From positions 37,557-101,556 of the IMG/VR virus record IMGVR_UViG_3300020577_009596: a stretch of 64,000 bases of DNA; one strand, 5' to 3'. The notes under the pieces are model-generated. The model saw nothing but the letters and a program-made list of their open reading frames with translations. It had not been told where the DNA came from and did no database searches. This document shows positions 27,489 to 36,497 of this stretch, one piece after another (position 1 is the stretch's first letter; each line of letters opens with the position of its first letter). Position numbers and translations under genes: made by a program. The DNA comes from a virus. Taxonomy: Duplodnaviria > Caudoviricetes.

Positions 27489-27532
27489 CGCAGAGGCCCT
27501 GAACCGAACCACTAACCTGAGAGGAGACTGAG

Positions 27533-28504
27533 ATGGGATGCGATATCCACCCGCACGTCGAGATCCGACGAGACGGCCGCTGGGAGCGGCTCGACTGGCG
27601 GAAGCGTCACGAGACCGGTGAGTACTACGATCCGGAGCGGCGGCGAGACCCGAAGGTCGACTACGACAAGCTGTTCGAGGACCCGCTCTACATCAATCGG
27701 AACTACTGCCTGTTCTCGATCCTGGCCGACGTCCGTAACGGCTACGGGTTCGCGGGCTGCGACACGGGCGACAAGTTCGTGCCGGTCGCCGAGCCCCGCG
27801 ACCTCCCCGCCGACGTGACGGCCGAGACCCTGAGCGAGTACGTCTACTACGTCATGGACGGGACGGACGACGAGGTCGAGACGCGACAGGAGGAGACTGG
27901 CGAGAACCTCTGCTCCCGCGAGCGAGCTGAGGACTGGGTCCGCCGTGACTGCTCGGCGAGCGTGAGCGAGAAGCCGTACCGCTCCCAGATCGACCCGAGC
28001 CGGGCCGCGGTGACCGGACCGGACTACCACTCGGCCTCGTGGGTCAGCGTCGCGGACCTACTCGCCTACGACTGGAACCGGACGGTCAAGCGTCGCGGGT
28101 GGGTCGACCCGTGGAACTTCGAGCTATACCGGACGCGAGGGAAGCCGAGTAATTGGTCGGGCGGCATCTCCGGCGGCTCGATCGAGCACGTCACCAACGC
28201 CTGGATGGCAAGAGCGATCGACTCCGGAGAGATCCAGTGGGTCGGCGACCCGCCCGGTGAGGACGACTGGGACGGCCGACCGTACTCGACCTCGCTGCAG
28301 CGAGGCATGTCGGGATGGGACCTGAAGCCAGGAACCGTCGGGGGCTCGATCCGCGACGACCTCCGCCCCCGGCACTACACCAACATCGAGTGGACAGTGA
28401 CGTACCGCGAGTGCGTTGAGAAGTTCCTGACTGCGACCCTCCCGGCGTTACAGTCGCTCGGCTCGCCCGAAGACGTCCGTCTCGTGTTCTGGTTCGACAA
28501 CTGA
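27533..28504 (+). CDS. conserved phage protein (MGCDIH...RLVFWFDN family)
   Basis: MGCDIH, RNYCLFSILADVRN, DYHSASW, VRLVFWFDN. Confidence 0.7.
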   Translation: MGCDIHPHVEIRRDGRWERLDWRKRHETGEYYDPERRRDPKVDYDKLFEDPLYINRNYCLFSILADVRNGYGFAGCDTGDKFVPVAEPRDLPADVTAETLSEYVYYVMDGTDDEVETRQEETGENLCSRERAEDWVRRDCSASVSEKPYRSQIDPSRAAVTGPDYHSASWVSVADLLAYDWNRTVKRRGWVDPWNFELYRTRGKPSNWSGGISGGSIEHVTNAWMARAIDSGEIQWVGDPPGEDDWDGRPYSTSLQRGMSGWDLKPGTVGGSIRDDLRPRHYTNIEWTVTYRECVEKFLTATLPALQSLGSPEDVRLVFWFDN

Positions 28505-28512
28505 GGTCTCTG

Positions 28513-29007
28513 ATGCAGACGTTCCTCCCCTACTCCTGCTACCAGCGGTCGGCCGACGCCCTCGACCGGGTCCGCCGCTGGAACCAGTGCATCGAGGTCC
28601 GGCGGTTGGTCAGGGCCCTCGAGCAGGGTCCGCTGTGCCTCTACGACCTGACCGAGAGGCGGTTCGTCTACGGCCCGGTCGTCGGCTCCCGCCCGCCCGC
28701 GGGGTCCGCCTACCGCAAGACGCCATGGTACGGCCACCCGGCCGCGGTCATGTGGCGGGGCCGCGTCGAGAGCCTGAAGCTGTACCACGACGTGATGCTC
28801 GCGACCGTCCTGAGGCTCAAGACTCACGACGTCAAGGCGTTCGGCCCCTACGGCGCGGACCCGGCCGCGACTCCCCCGACCTGGCTCGGTCGCGAGGACC
28901 TCCACTCGTCACACAGGTCGAATCTGCTCCGCAAGGACCCCGCGTTCTACGGCTCGTACGGCTGGACCGAGCCGAGCGACCTTGAGTACGTCTGGCCGAA
29001 CCCCTGA
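28513..29007 (+). CDS. pyrimidine-dimer DNA glycosylase-like (MSMEG_6728 family) protein
   Basis: MQTFLPY, HPAAVMWRG, PPTWLG, HSSHRSNLLRKDP..Y, YVWP. Confidence 0.85.
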   Translation: MQTFLPYSCYQRSADALDRVRRWNQCIEVRRLVRALEQGPLCLYDLTERRFVYGPVVGSRPPAGSAYRKTPWYGHPAAVMWRGRVESLKLYHDVMLATVLRLKTHDVKAFGPYGADPAATPPTWLGREDLHSSHRSNLLRKDPAFYGSYGWTEPSDLEYVWPNP

Positions 29008-29018
29008 AGGAGACCCCC

Positions 29019-29294
29019 ATGGCACGCAAGAAGAGGGACGAGCCCGTCGGCTCCGACCCTAAGGTGACGGTCACTCGAACCCGAACCGTCACGTTCGCCA
29101 AGTCGCTGAGCGAGACCGACGTCAAGCGGATTCTCGCCGCTGACGAGCTGGCCTCCAACGAGGCCCTCCGCGAGGCCGGGGTGACCGTCGACGACGTCAA
29201 GGTCGAGTTCGTCCTGCAGGGGTACGAGGACGATGGACCCGAGTTCATCAGTGCTGAGCTGACCGTCAGTAAGTCCGAACCCCTGGCCGAGTAG
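29019..29294 (+). CDS. hypothetical protein
   Basis: AAGGAG RBS. Confidence 0.6.
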   Translation: MARKKRDEPVGSDPKVTVTRTRTVTFAKSLSETDVKRILAADELASNEALREAGVTVDDVKVEFVLQGYEDDGPEFISAELTVSKSEPLAE

Positions 29295-29302
29295 CGACTT
29301 AG

Positions 29303-29394
29303 GGAAAGTTTGAGATTCGGGTTTTACTTTCGTCCGTTTATAGGTTATAACCTTTATACGCGACTGAGACGACCCCTCAAACCGGAGACCGAAG
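29303..29394 (+). promoter_or_regulatory. early promoter cassette, copy 5 (diverged)
   Basis: TTTACTTTCGTCCGTTTATAGGTTATAACC...CCGGAG. Confidence 0.7.
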
Positions 29395-29730
29395 ATGGCT
29401 CGATCGATCGCAATCCTGAGTATCGGAAGCGTCAACCTCAAGACCGGTAAGTGCTCTAGCGATTACTGGGACGAGGTGTGGAGCTGCTGGGAGGAGGACG
29501 CGACAGCCCACAACATGCTCGTCCGCCTCGACTCCGGCAAGATGATCGTCACGCACACCTGCGGCGACGGCGAGAAGGTCGGCTACGAGAGCGACTATCA
29601 CCACGACCAGAGCGGTCGTCGGATAGGTCACGGGACGGTCCTGGCCGTCGAGCCGCACACCAAGGCCGGACTCGCAAAGCTGGCCGACGTCGCCGGCAAA
29701 AAGTCCCTCGTCATGCTGACCTACAAGTGA
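29395..29730 (+). CDS. hypothetical protein
   Basis: GGAG RBS after the promoter. Confidence 0.65.
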   Translation: MARSIAILSIGSVNLKTGKCSSDYWDEVWSCWEEDATAHNMLVRLDSGKMIVTHTCGDGEKVGYESDYHHDQSGRRIGHGTVLAVEPHTKAGLAKLADVAGKKSLVMLTYK

Positions 29731-29740
29731 GGAGCCTGAC

Positions 29741-29923
29741 ATGCGACCCGCGTACCGGCTGACCGGACCGAAGGGACGACGCTACGTGTTCACCCCGCTC
29801 GGCGAGCGAGTGCGGGTGAGGAAGTACCAGGGGCTGACGGTGGTCGAGGACCGCGTGTGCGTTCCGGCCGTCGCCCAAGGCCTGTTCCGGTTCCTCCGGC
29901 AGCGAGCCGGATACCGGATGTGA
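29741..29923 (+). CDS. hypothetical protein
   Basis: GAGGAG RBS. Confidence 0.55.
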   Translation: MRPAYRLTGPKGRRYVFTPLGERVRVRKYQGLTVVEDRVCVPAVAQGLFRFLRQRAGYRM

Positions 29924-29932
29924 GGAGACGCT

Positions 29933-30121
29933 ATGGAGTTCGTCCTGAACTACGCTGGCGGATGCATGGAGTTCCGCGTCCGCGACGACAATACCGTCGA
30001 AAACTGGATCTGGGACTGGAAGTCGGGAGAGTTCGTCAAGAGCGAGTACTCACTCGACGTCAAGTTTGCGACCACCGATGAGGTGTGGGCCTTTCTTCGC
30101 AAGACCCTCGAGGACTCCTGA
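29933..30121 (+). CDS. hypothetical protein
   Basis: GAGGAG RBS. Confidence 0.6.
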   Translation: MEFVLNYAGGCMEFRVRDDNTVENWIWDWKSGEFVKSEYSLDVKFATTDEVWAFLRKTLEDS

Positions 30122-30279
30122 CGTGTTCTCACTCGCCCTCGCCGCCCGGTTCCTCCGTCACGCAACGACGGTCCGGGCCGCGTTCGCCCTCCCGACGCCC
30201 AAGCCGATCGAGCAGATCGCACGCCGCTACGAGAGAGCGGCGGACTACCTCCACCAACGATTCAACAGGAAGAATCGCC

Positions 30280-30687
30280 ATGACCGCCCAGACTGACGAC
30301 CCGTTCGTGACCCTCGGCGAGGCCCTCAGAGGTCGCCCCGTCGTCCTCCCCGAGACCGACGCCTTCGCCCCCGAGCCCGGTGACGAGGTCTCTCCCGACG
30401 TCCTGCGGCTGCCCGCCCCGTTCCCGCCCCGGCCCAAGCGGTCGGTCAGCGCGATGGCCGCGATCCACCGGCTCAACCGGCTGAGCGAGGTCAGCGTGAT
30501 GTATCGGGCGTGGATCGAGCGGGAGGTGACCCTCGGGTACGTCCAGACCGTCCTCGACCTGACCGACGAGGAGACCGAGATCCTCTATCGAGGCCGCGAC
30601 TCGGCGATGCGGATCGACCGCCTCGGCCGCGTGACCTACGACGAGCCCACCCTCCTCCGCGCCGAGACCGCGGTGGTCGGAGACTGA
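30280..30687 (+). CDS. hypothetical protein
   Basis: MTAQTDD... part of ORF 30085..30687; AGGA RBS. Confidence 0.55.
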   Translation: MTAQTDDPFVTLGEALRGRPVVLPETDAFAPEPGDEVSPDVLRLPAPFPPRPKRSVSAMAAIHRLNRLSEVSVMYRAWIEREVTLGYVQTVLDLTDEETEILYRGRDSAMRIDRLGRVTYDEPTLLRAETAVVGD

Positions 30688-30986
30688 ATCGCCCTCAAGC
30701 TCGAGAGTCTCAAAGGCGAGACCGTCTACCTCGACCCCGAGACGATCACCGCCATCGTCGACCTGAAGGAGATCCCGCCCGGTCCGATGTACCCCCGGAG
30801 GACCGAAGTCGAAGGGACACCCTCGCCGGACGCGAGTCGACTACGGGCCCGGGTCCGCGGCCAACCTCGTCCTCGTGTCCAAGACCGCTCAAGAGGTGTA
30901 CGAACTGGCGTTCCTGAAAGGGTTCGCGACCAAGATCAAGACGAACTACTAACTTGAACCCCAAACCCTGAACTACGGAGACGACG

Positions 30987-32660
30987 ATGCCCCCGATGAA
31001 GCCGAAGAAGGACAAGCCGGACGACGAGCCCGAGCTGGGCGAGACCCCCCGCGAGGTCCTGTACGAGACCGAGGAGGCGGAGGTCTTCAAGGGCGAGAAC
31101 GCCCTGACCGTCGAGCAGGCCAAGCACCTGCTCGGGTGGGAGGAGGAGCCCGAGGGCGAGGACTGGGGCTCCGACTACTTCCTCGTCGACGAGTACGGCA
31201 AGAAGGTCCGGCTCAAGAACAACCTGAAGAACCGGAGCTACCGACCCGCCCTGGCTGACAAGTATGTCCAGGAGCACCTCCAGCGGCGGTGGCAGCTCAA
31301 CGGCGAGACGGTCATCATCGGCCGGTACGGCGAGACGATGGACGGCCAGCACCGGCTGATCTCCCTCGTCCTCGCCGAGCAGCGGCGGCGACGGGACGCC
31401 GAGACGCACGGCCACTGGGTCAAGAACTGGCCGGAGCCGGTGACGATGCAGTGCGTGGTGGTGACCGGGATCGACGAGTCGGACGCGGTCGCCAACTCGA
31501 TCAACGTCGGCGACCCCCGCTCGCTGGGCGACGTCCTGTACCGCAGCGAGCACTTCGCCGATGAGCCCCCGTCCCGGCGGAAGCTGATGGCCCGAGCCGC
31601 CGACTACGCGATCCGGTTCCACTGGCACCGCACCGGGGCCGGGATGGACGCCTGGGCTCCCCGCCGCACACACGCCGAGGCGTTGGACCACCTCGACCGC
31701 CACCCGCGGCTCATCCGGTGCCTCCGCCACGTCGTCAAGGAGAACGTCAAGACCGAGGGGGGCCGGGTCGTCGAGGACAACCGCCTCAGCCGATACCTCA
31801 GCCTCGGCTACATGTCCGCCCTGATGTACCTGATGGGCTCCGGCCGCTCCGACCAGGAGGCGTACCGTCTCGCCGAGCCCGCGCCGAGCGAGCGGAGGCT
31901 GGACTGGACGCTCTACAAGCGGGCGGAAGAGTTCATGAGTAAGCTGGCCGGGAGCCTGGAGTTCCAGGAGGTCCGCTACGCGATGGCGGGCGACCCGACG
32001 ACCGGCTCCGTGCGGAACACCGCCGAGCGGACCGCGGTGATCGTCAGGGCGTGGCGGCGGTTCGCGGACCCCGGCTTCAAGGGGTTCGTCGAGAGCGACC
32101 CGGAGGTCCACCTGGGCGAGCAGCACTACCAGCTGAAGGACGACGTGCGGATCCTGACTGCCAACCCGACCTGCGGCGGGATCGACCTCGGCGAGCCCCG
32201 CGACGCGGTGACGGTCCAGACCCCCAAGGGCGAGGAGGCCGTCGAGCCGGAGGAGACGGAGGAGCTGGTCGCCGAGGTCGAGGCCGAGGTCGAGGCGATC
32301 CGGGAGGAGTCCGACGGAGGCGAGGAGGGCGGCAAGGGCGTCGGCGAGGTCGTGACTGCGGCCCGACGCGAGTGGCCCGGTCGGCTGATCGCGTTCCTCC
32401 ACCGAGACCACTACCGGGTCTGGGGCAAGGACGCCGACACGGTCGCCAAGGTCACGGGCTGCCGCAAGGACCCGAAGCTCAAGGTCGACGGCCTCCAGTA
32501 CCTCCGGTTCAAGCACGAGGACTTCCCCGCCGTCGCCGCCCAGCTCGTCAAGGTAAAGTACCACGTCGTGGTCGTCAAGCTGGTCGGCGGCAAGCCCGAG
32601 CTGATCGACGGCGACTACGACCCCGAGGCCAAGCCCGCGAAGAGGGGAGGGAAGAAGTGA
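30987..32660 (+). CDS. ParB/DGQHR-like domain protein with C-terminal MutS domain-I-like module
   Basis: NLKNRSY...WQLNGETVII...MDGQHRL; C-terminal LIAFLHRDHYRVWGKDADTVAKVTG. Confidence 0.7.
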   Translation: MPPMKPKKDKPDDEPELGETPREVLYETEEAEVFKGENALTVEQAKHLLGWEEEPEGEDWGSDYFLVDEYGKKVRLKNNLKNRSYRPALADKYVQEHLQRRWQLNGETVIIGRYGETMDGQHRLISLVLAEQRRRRDAETHGHWVKNWPEPVTMQCVVVTGIDESDAVANSINVGDPRSLGDVLYRSEHFADEPPSRRKLMARAADYAIRFHWHRTGAGMDAWAPRRTHAEALDHLDRHPRLIRCLRHVVKENVKTEGGRVVEDNRLSRYLSLGYMSALMYLMGSGRSDQEAYRLAEPAPSERRLDWTLYKRAEEFMSKLAGSLEFQEVRYAMAGDPTTGSVRNTAERTAVIVRAWRRFADPGFKGFVESDPEVHLGEQHYQLKDDVRILTANPTCGGIDLGEPRDAVTVQTPKGEEAVEPEETEELVAEVEAEVEAIREESDGGEEGGKGVGEVVTAARREWPGRLIAFLHRDHYRVWGKDADTVAKVTGCRKDPKLKVDGLQYLRFKHEDFPAVAAQLVKVKYHVVVVKLVGGKPELIDGDYDPEAKPAKRGGKK

Positions 32661-32857
32661 ACACCGACCTGCTCGTCGAGATCCGCAAGGACTACGAGGC
32701 CCTACTCGGCCTCGAGCTGGAGCTGGCGGAGATAGAGGGGACGCTCCCCCAGACTGACGATCCCGAGTACGACGCCGCGAACCTGAAGCACCTCCGGCGA
32801 CGCCGGAAGCTGCGGGACCGGACCCGCGAGGCGTTCCTGATGAAGTACTGGAAGTGA
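32657..32857 (+). CDS. hypothetical protein
   Basis: GTG start overlapping the upstream stop (VNTDLLVEIRK...). Confidence 0.5.
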   Translation: MNTDLLVEIRKDYEALLGLELELAEIEGTLPQTDDPEYDAANLKHLRRRRKLRDRTREAFLMKYWK

Positions 32858-32876
32858 CCTGTCTCGAGCGGCCTCG

Positions 32877-32945
32877 AACTTTCTTGAAGAAAATGTTCGG
32901 GGCCGCTTTACTTCTCCCGTCTATAGGTTATACTCTTATTATCCT
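32877..32945 (+). promoter_or_regulatory. early promoter cassette, copy 6
   Basis: TCTTGAAGAAAA...TTTACTTCTCCCGTCTATAGGTTATACTCTTA. Confidence 0.8.
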
Positions 32946-33035
32946 AATGCGGCCCGTCGCGACGCAGCGGCGGACGGTCTCAAGCCCGTGAAACGCAGAG
33001 AGGGGAGCAACGTAACCTCAGAACGGGAGCAGGCG

Positions 33036-35219
33036 ATGAAGAAGCACGAGATCACGGTCGGCGGTCACTACACAGCCCGCGTGTCGGGGAACTTCGTCAC
33101 GGTCCGGGTGGACCGGATCGAGGAGCGGACCAACCTCGGGGGCCGGGCGGAGACGCACTACCACGTCACGAACCTCAACACCAAGCGAACGACCCGATTC
33201 CGCAGCGCGGCCAAGTTCCGCGGCAAGGCGAAGGCGGAGGGTGAGAAGAGCCTCCCCCCTCACCCCGTCGCGTCGGCTACGCCGTCAGCCGAGGCACCTT
33301 CCAGCTCGCCGACGACCTTCCTGGGAGCTACTAAGGCCAGTGCGAAGGACCCCGGCGACGAGCGGAAGGTCGGCGACTCGGACGTGACGTGGGGTGAGCT
33401 GTTCGGCCGCAAGCCGGAGGGACCGCTTACCAAGCAGATGAAGTCGATCAAGGACCATACTGAGCGACACGACTTCATCGCCAAGAATTACGACGCACTA
33501 AAGACCGAGGAGGGTGACGATAGCTCGGACCCTACCTCCTCGGGGCTCACGACCTCGACTGCGACACCTGCGGCGGCAGTGGTTGCGAAGAGTGCTGCCC
33601 CGGCATCGACGAGTTCAACGGTTAGCGGTCTCGCAGCCCGACTCGCCCAGCGGACGACCGACGACGCCCCGCACCTCATCGTGACCGCTCGGGCCGGGTC
33701 GGGCAAGACGACGACGCTCGTCGAGGGCCTCAAGCGGGTCCGCGGCCTCCCGTCGACGCTGACGCCCTCCCCGCAGCAGGAGGCCGTGTGGCGGTCCATG
33801 GAGCTGAGCCGGGGGAGGGTCTCGACGATCCTGTTCTGTGCGTTCAACAAGAGCATCGCCGAGGAGCTGGCCCGACGGATCCCGGCGGGCTGCGAGGCGT
33901 CCACGATGCACTCGCTCGGCCTCAAGGCGGTCACGAAGGCGTTCGGCCGGGTCCGGGTCAACTCGTACCGGGTCTCGAACATGGTCGTCGAGCTCGTGGG
34001 CAGCTCGAAGATCCAGGAGCCCCGCGAGCGGTTCCGCGACCTCTGCCAGCGGAAGCCGGGGCTGATCTCCGCGGTCGAGCAGCTCGTCGGGCTCGTCAAG
34101 ATGAACCTGGTCGACCCGAGCGACGCCGACGCCCTCGAGGAGCTGGTCTCGTACTACGAGGTCGACACGGGCCGCAACCACGGCGAGGTCCTGTCCCTGA
34201 CCCGCCAGGTCGTCGAGCTCTGCAAGGACGTCCGGCGGGACGGCTGTCTGGACTTCGACGACATGGTCTGGCTCCCCGTCGTCCTCGACCTCCCCTGCCA
34301 GCAGTACGACCTCCTGCTCGGCGACGAGGTGCAGGACTGGAACCGCTGCCAGCAGGCCCTCGCCCGGAAGTCCGGCAGGCGGCTGGTCCTGTGCGGCGAC
34401 CCGAAGCAGGCCATCTACGGGTTCGCCGGGGCGGACGCCGAGAGCATGGACCGGCTCGGCCGCGAGCTGACGGCGACCGACCGCGGGTGCGTCGAGCTGC
34501 CCCTGACCGTCACCCGCCGCTGCGGCCGGGCGATCGTCCGCGAGGCCAACAAGGTCGTCGCCGACCTGTCCGCCCACGAGTCCAACCCCGAGGGCCTGGT
34601 CCGCGAGGCCCGGTACCCCGGTAAGACGGTGCCGGACTCCCAGTCGTTCCTCGCCGAGGTCCGTGACGGCGACTTCGTCCTGTGCCGCTGCAACGCCCCG
34701 CTCGTCAGCACCGCGTTCAAGCTGATCCGGCAGGGCCGCAAGGCGAACATCCAGGGCCGCAACATCGGGGCCGGGCTGATCTCGCTGGTGAAGAAGCTGA
34801 GCGCGACCGACGTCGCCGAGCTGTCCGGCAAGCTGGACGACTGGCACGCGGCCGAGACCGCGAAGGAGAACGCGAAGCGGAACCCGTCCGAGGCGAAGCT
34901 GATGAACCTCGACGACAAGCGGGAGTGCGTCGCGGCCTTCCTCGAGGGGTCCTCGACCGTCGCGGAGGTGCTGGCGAGGATCGACGCGGTATTTACCGAC
35001 GACAAGGCGTCCCCCGGCGTGCGGCTCAGCTCGATCCACCGGGCGAAGGGGCTCGAGGCCGACCGGGTCTACCTGCTCCAGCTCAAGCGGGCCTCGGTCC
35101 CTCATCCGATGGCGAAGACGGAGTGGGCTCGCGGTCAGGAACAGCATCTTTGGTATGTAGCTTGTACCCGCGCAATTCGCGAGCTGGTGTACGTCTACGA
35201 CGAGCGGCCGAGCGAGTGA
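33036..35219 (+). CDS. UvrD/Rep-like superfamily 1 helicase with N-terminal extension
   Basis: ARAGSGKT, AFNK, DEVQD, GDPKQAIYGFAGA, TRRC, SIHRAKGLE, YVACTRA. Confidence 0.92.
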   Translation: MKKHEITVGGHYTARVSGNFVTVRVDRIEERTNLGGRAETHYHVTNLNTKRTTRFRSAAKFRGKAKAEGEKSLPPHPVASATPSAEAPSSSPTTFLGATKASAKDPGDERKVGDSDVTWGELFGRKPEGPLTKQMKSIKDHTERHDFIAKNYDALKTEEGDDSSDPTSSGLTTSTATPAAAVVAKSAAPASTSSTVSGLAARLAQRTTDDAPHLIVTARAGSGKTTTLVEGLKRVRGLPSTLTPSPQQEAVWRSMELSRGRVSTILFCAFNKSIAEELARRIPAGCEASTMHSLGLKAVTKAFGRVRVNSYRVSNMVVELVGSSKIQEPRERFRDLCQRKPGLISAVEQLVGLVKMNLVDPSDADALEELVSYYEVDTGRNHGEVLSLTRQVVELCKDVRRDGCLDFDDMVWLPVVLDLPCQQYDLLLGDEVQDWNRCQQALARKSGRRLVLCGDPKQAIYGFAGADAESMDRLGRELTATDRGCVELPLTVTRRCGRAIVREANKVVADLSAHESNPEGLVREARYPGKTVPDSQSFLAEVRDGDFVLCRCNAPLVSTAFKLIRQGRKANIQGRNIGAGLISLVKKLSATDVAELSGKLDDWHAAETAKENAKRNPSEAKLMNLDDKRECVAAFLEGSSTVAEVLARIDAVFTDDKASPGVRLSSIHRAKGLEADRVYLLQLKRASVPHPMAKTEWARGQEQHLWYVACTRAIRELVYVYDERPSE

Positions 35220-35220
35220 C

Positions 35221-35904
35221 TCACCGACGACACAGGTACGCCTGCCCCTCCGGCCAGATCATCCGGTCGACGACCGTCAGCCCCGCCGTCCGCAGCATGT
35301 CCTGCAGGGCGAGCGGGGCGATCACGCAGAGGTGGAGGGTCTGATACTGGAGCGGGTTCCACTCGTGGTACGGTCGGGGCGTCTGGACCTGGACGAGGCC
35401 CCCCGGCGAGCAGGCGGCGACGAGCTGGCGGAGGTGCTCGCGGGGGTCCGGGACGTGCTCGATCACCTCGCGGCTGAGGACGGCAGAGAACGTCGTCGGG
35501 AACAGGTCGGCCCGGAACTCCTCGGCGGTCAGCACCGGGTGGCGGTCGTCGGGCGGCACGAGCACGTCGAACCCCTGGACCGTCCAGCCCTGAGCCCGCA
35601 TGTTGTCGAGGGCCGACCCGTCGCAACTCCCCACGTCGAGGAACGTCCTCGGCAGGTCGCCGACCCCCGCCCGGTCGAACCACTCGCAGTTCCCCGAGCA
35701 GTACCTCCGCATGTCCTCGATCGTCCCGCCGTTGGCGATGTGCCCGACTGCGTTGGCCGTGTTGTAGTGGTGGCGAAGGTCCTCGTACCGCAGGGGGCTC
35801 GTGTCCGACCCGCACAGGCCGCACCGGACGAACTTGGGCTCGTTCTCCGGCAGCGGGAACGGGACCGGACGGACCTCGGTCGAGCCGCAGATCAGGCACC
35901 TCAT
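35221..35904 (-). CDS. class I SAM-dependent methyltransferase
   Basis: CLICG N-terminus; FLDVGSCDG; EVIEHVPDP; PGGLV. Confidence 0.85.
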   Translation of the reverse strand: MRCLICGSTEVRPVPFPLPENEPKFVRCGLCGSDTSPLRYEDLRHHYNTANAVGHIANGGTIEDMRRYCSGNCEWFDRAGVGDLPRTFLDVGSCDGSALDNMRAQGWTVQGFDVLVPPDDRHPVLTAEEFRADLFPTTFSAVLSREVIEHVPDPREHLRQLVAACSPGGLVQVQTPRPYHEWNPLQYQTLHLCVIAPLALQDMLRTAGLTVVDRMIWPEGQAYLCRR

Positions 35905-36497
35905 CGCGGCCTCCGGTTGGGGACGAACAGGGCGCGGGTGCGACCCGCGGGCACGAGGTAGGACGAGACGGTGGTGACCCGGTCGACCGGACCCGTCACC
36001 TCCTCGACGCCGTGGTAGCTCAGGTCGCCGCACTCGAAGGCGACCACCCTCCCCGGCTCGGGGAGGATCCGGACGACGGGCTCGCCGCTCGGGTCGCAGA
36101 GGACCAGCGCGCCGCCCCACTCCGGACGCCACTCCAAGTTGTGGAACGCGACGACCGACAGGGCGCGACGCCTCGCCGGGACGACGGGGTGGTGGTCATA
36201 GTCGAGGTGACAGCAGAGGTAGCCGCCGGGGGCCGTGACCTGCAGCCCCCCGCCGTACTCGCTCCGGTCCAGGCCCAGTCCGGGGATGCCGGTCAGGGAC
36301 GACCACCGCTCCGCGTCATCGGGACGGGTCAGCTCGACGCGGCCGACGTCCCCGCGGCAGGTCCGCTTCCCCCGCTCGAGGTCGTTGTCGTAGCGGGCCT
36401 CCCAGCCAGCCCAGTCCGCCGTCGGGATCGCGGTCGTCGGGACGGTCGGGCAGGTCCACGGGGCGACCCAGTGGCGGAACGGTCTCGACCCCGTCAT
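35901..36497 (-). CDS. 2OG-Fe(II) oxygenase (prolyl-hydroxylase-like)
   Basis: GGGL...HLD (HxD)...EWGGAL...SYHGV...R. Confidence 0.85.
   Translation of the reverse strand: MTGSRPFRHWVAPWTCPTVPTTAIPTADWAGWEARYDNDLERGKRTCRGDVGRVELTRPDDAERWSSLTGIPGLGLDRSEYGGGLQVTAPGGYLCCHLDYDHHPVVPARRRALSVVAFHNLEWRPEWGGALVLCDPSGEPVVRILPEPGRVVAFECGDLSYHGVEEVTGPVDRVTTVSSYLVPAGRTRALFVPNRRPR

Noticed and set aside
24525-32945. CRISPR array or integron attC interpretation of the repeats
   Set aside because: Repeats are separated by whole genes, contain -35/-10/RBS elements, and no cas or integron integrase gene is present
35901-36497. TET/JBP-type 5mC dioxygenase completing the MTase-GT pathway
   Set aside because: Motif spacing looks prolyl-hydroxylase-like and the gene lies in the tail operon far from the DNA cluster; not fully excluded without an HMM search
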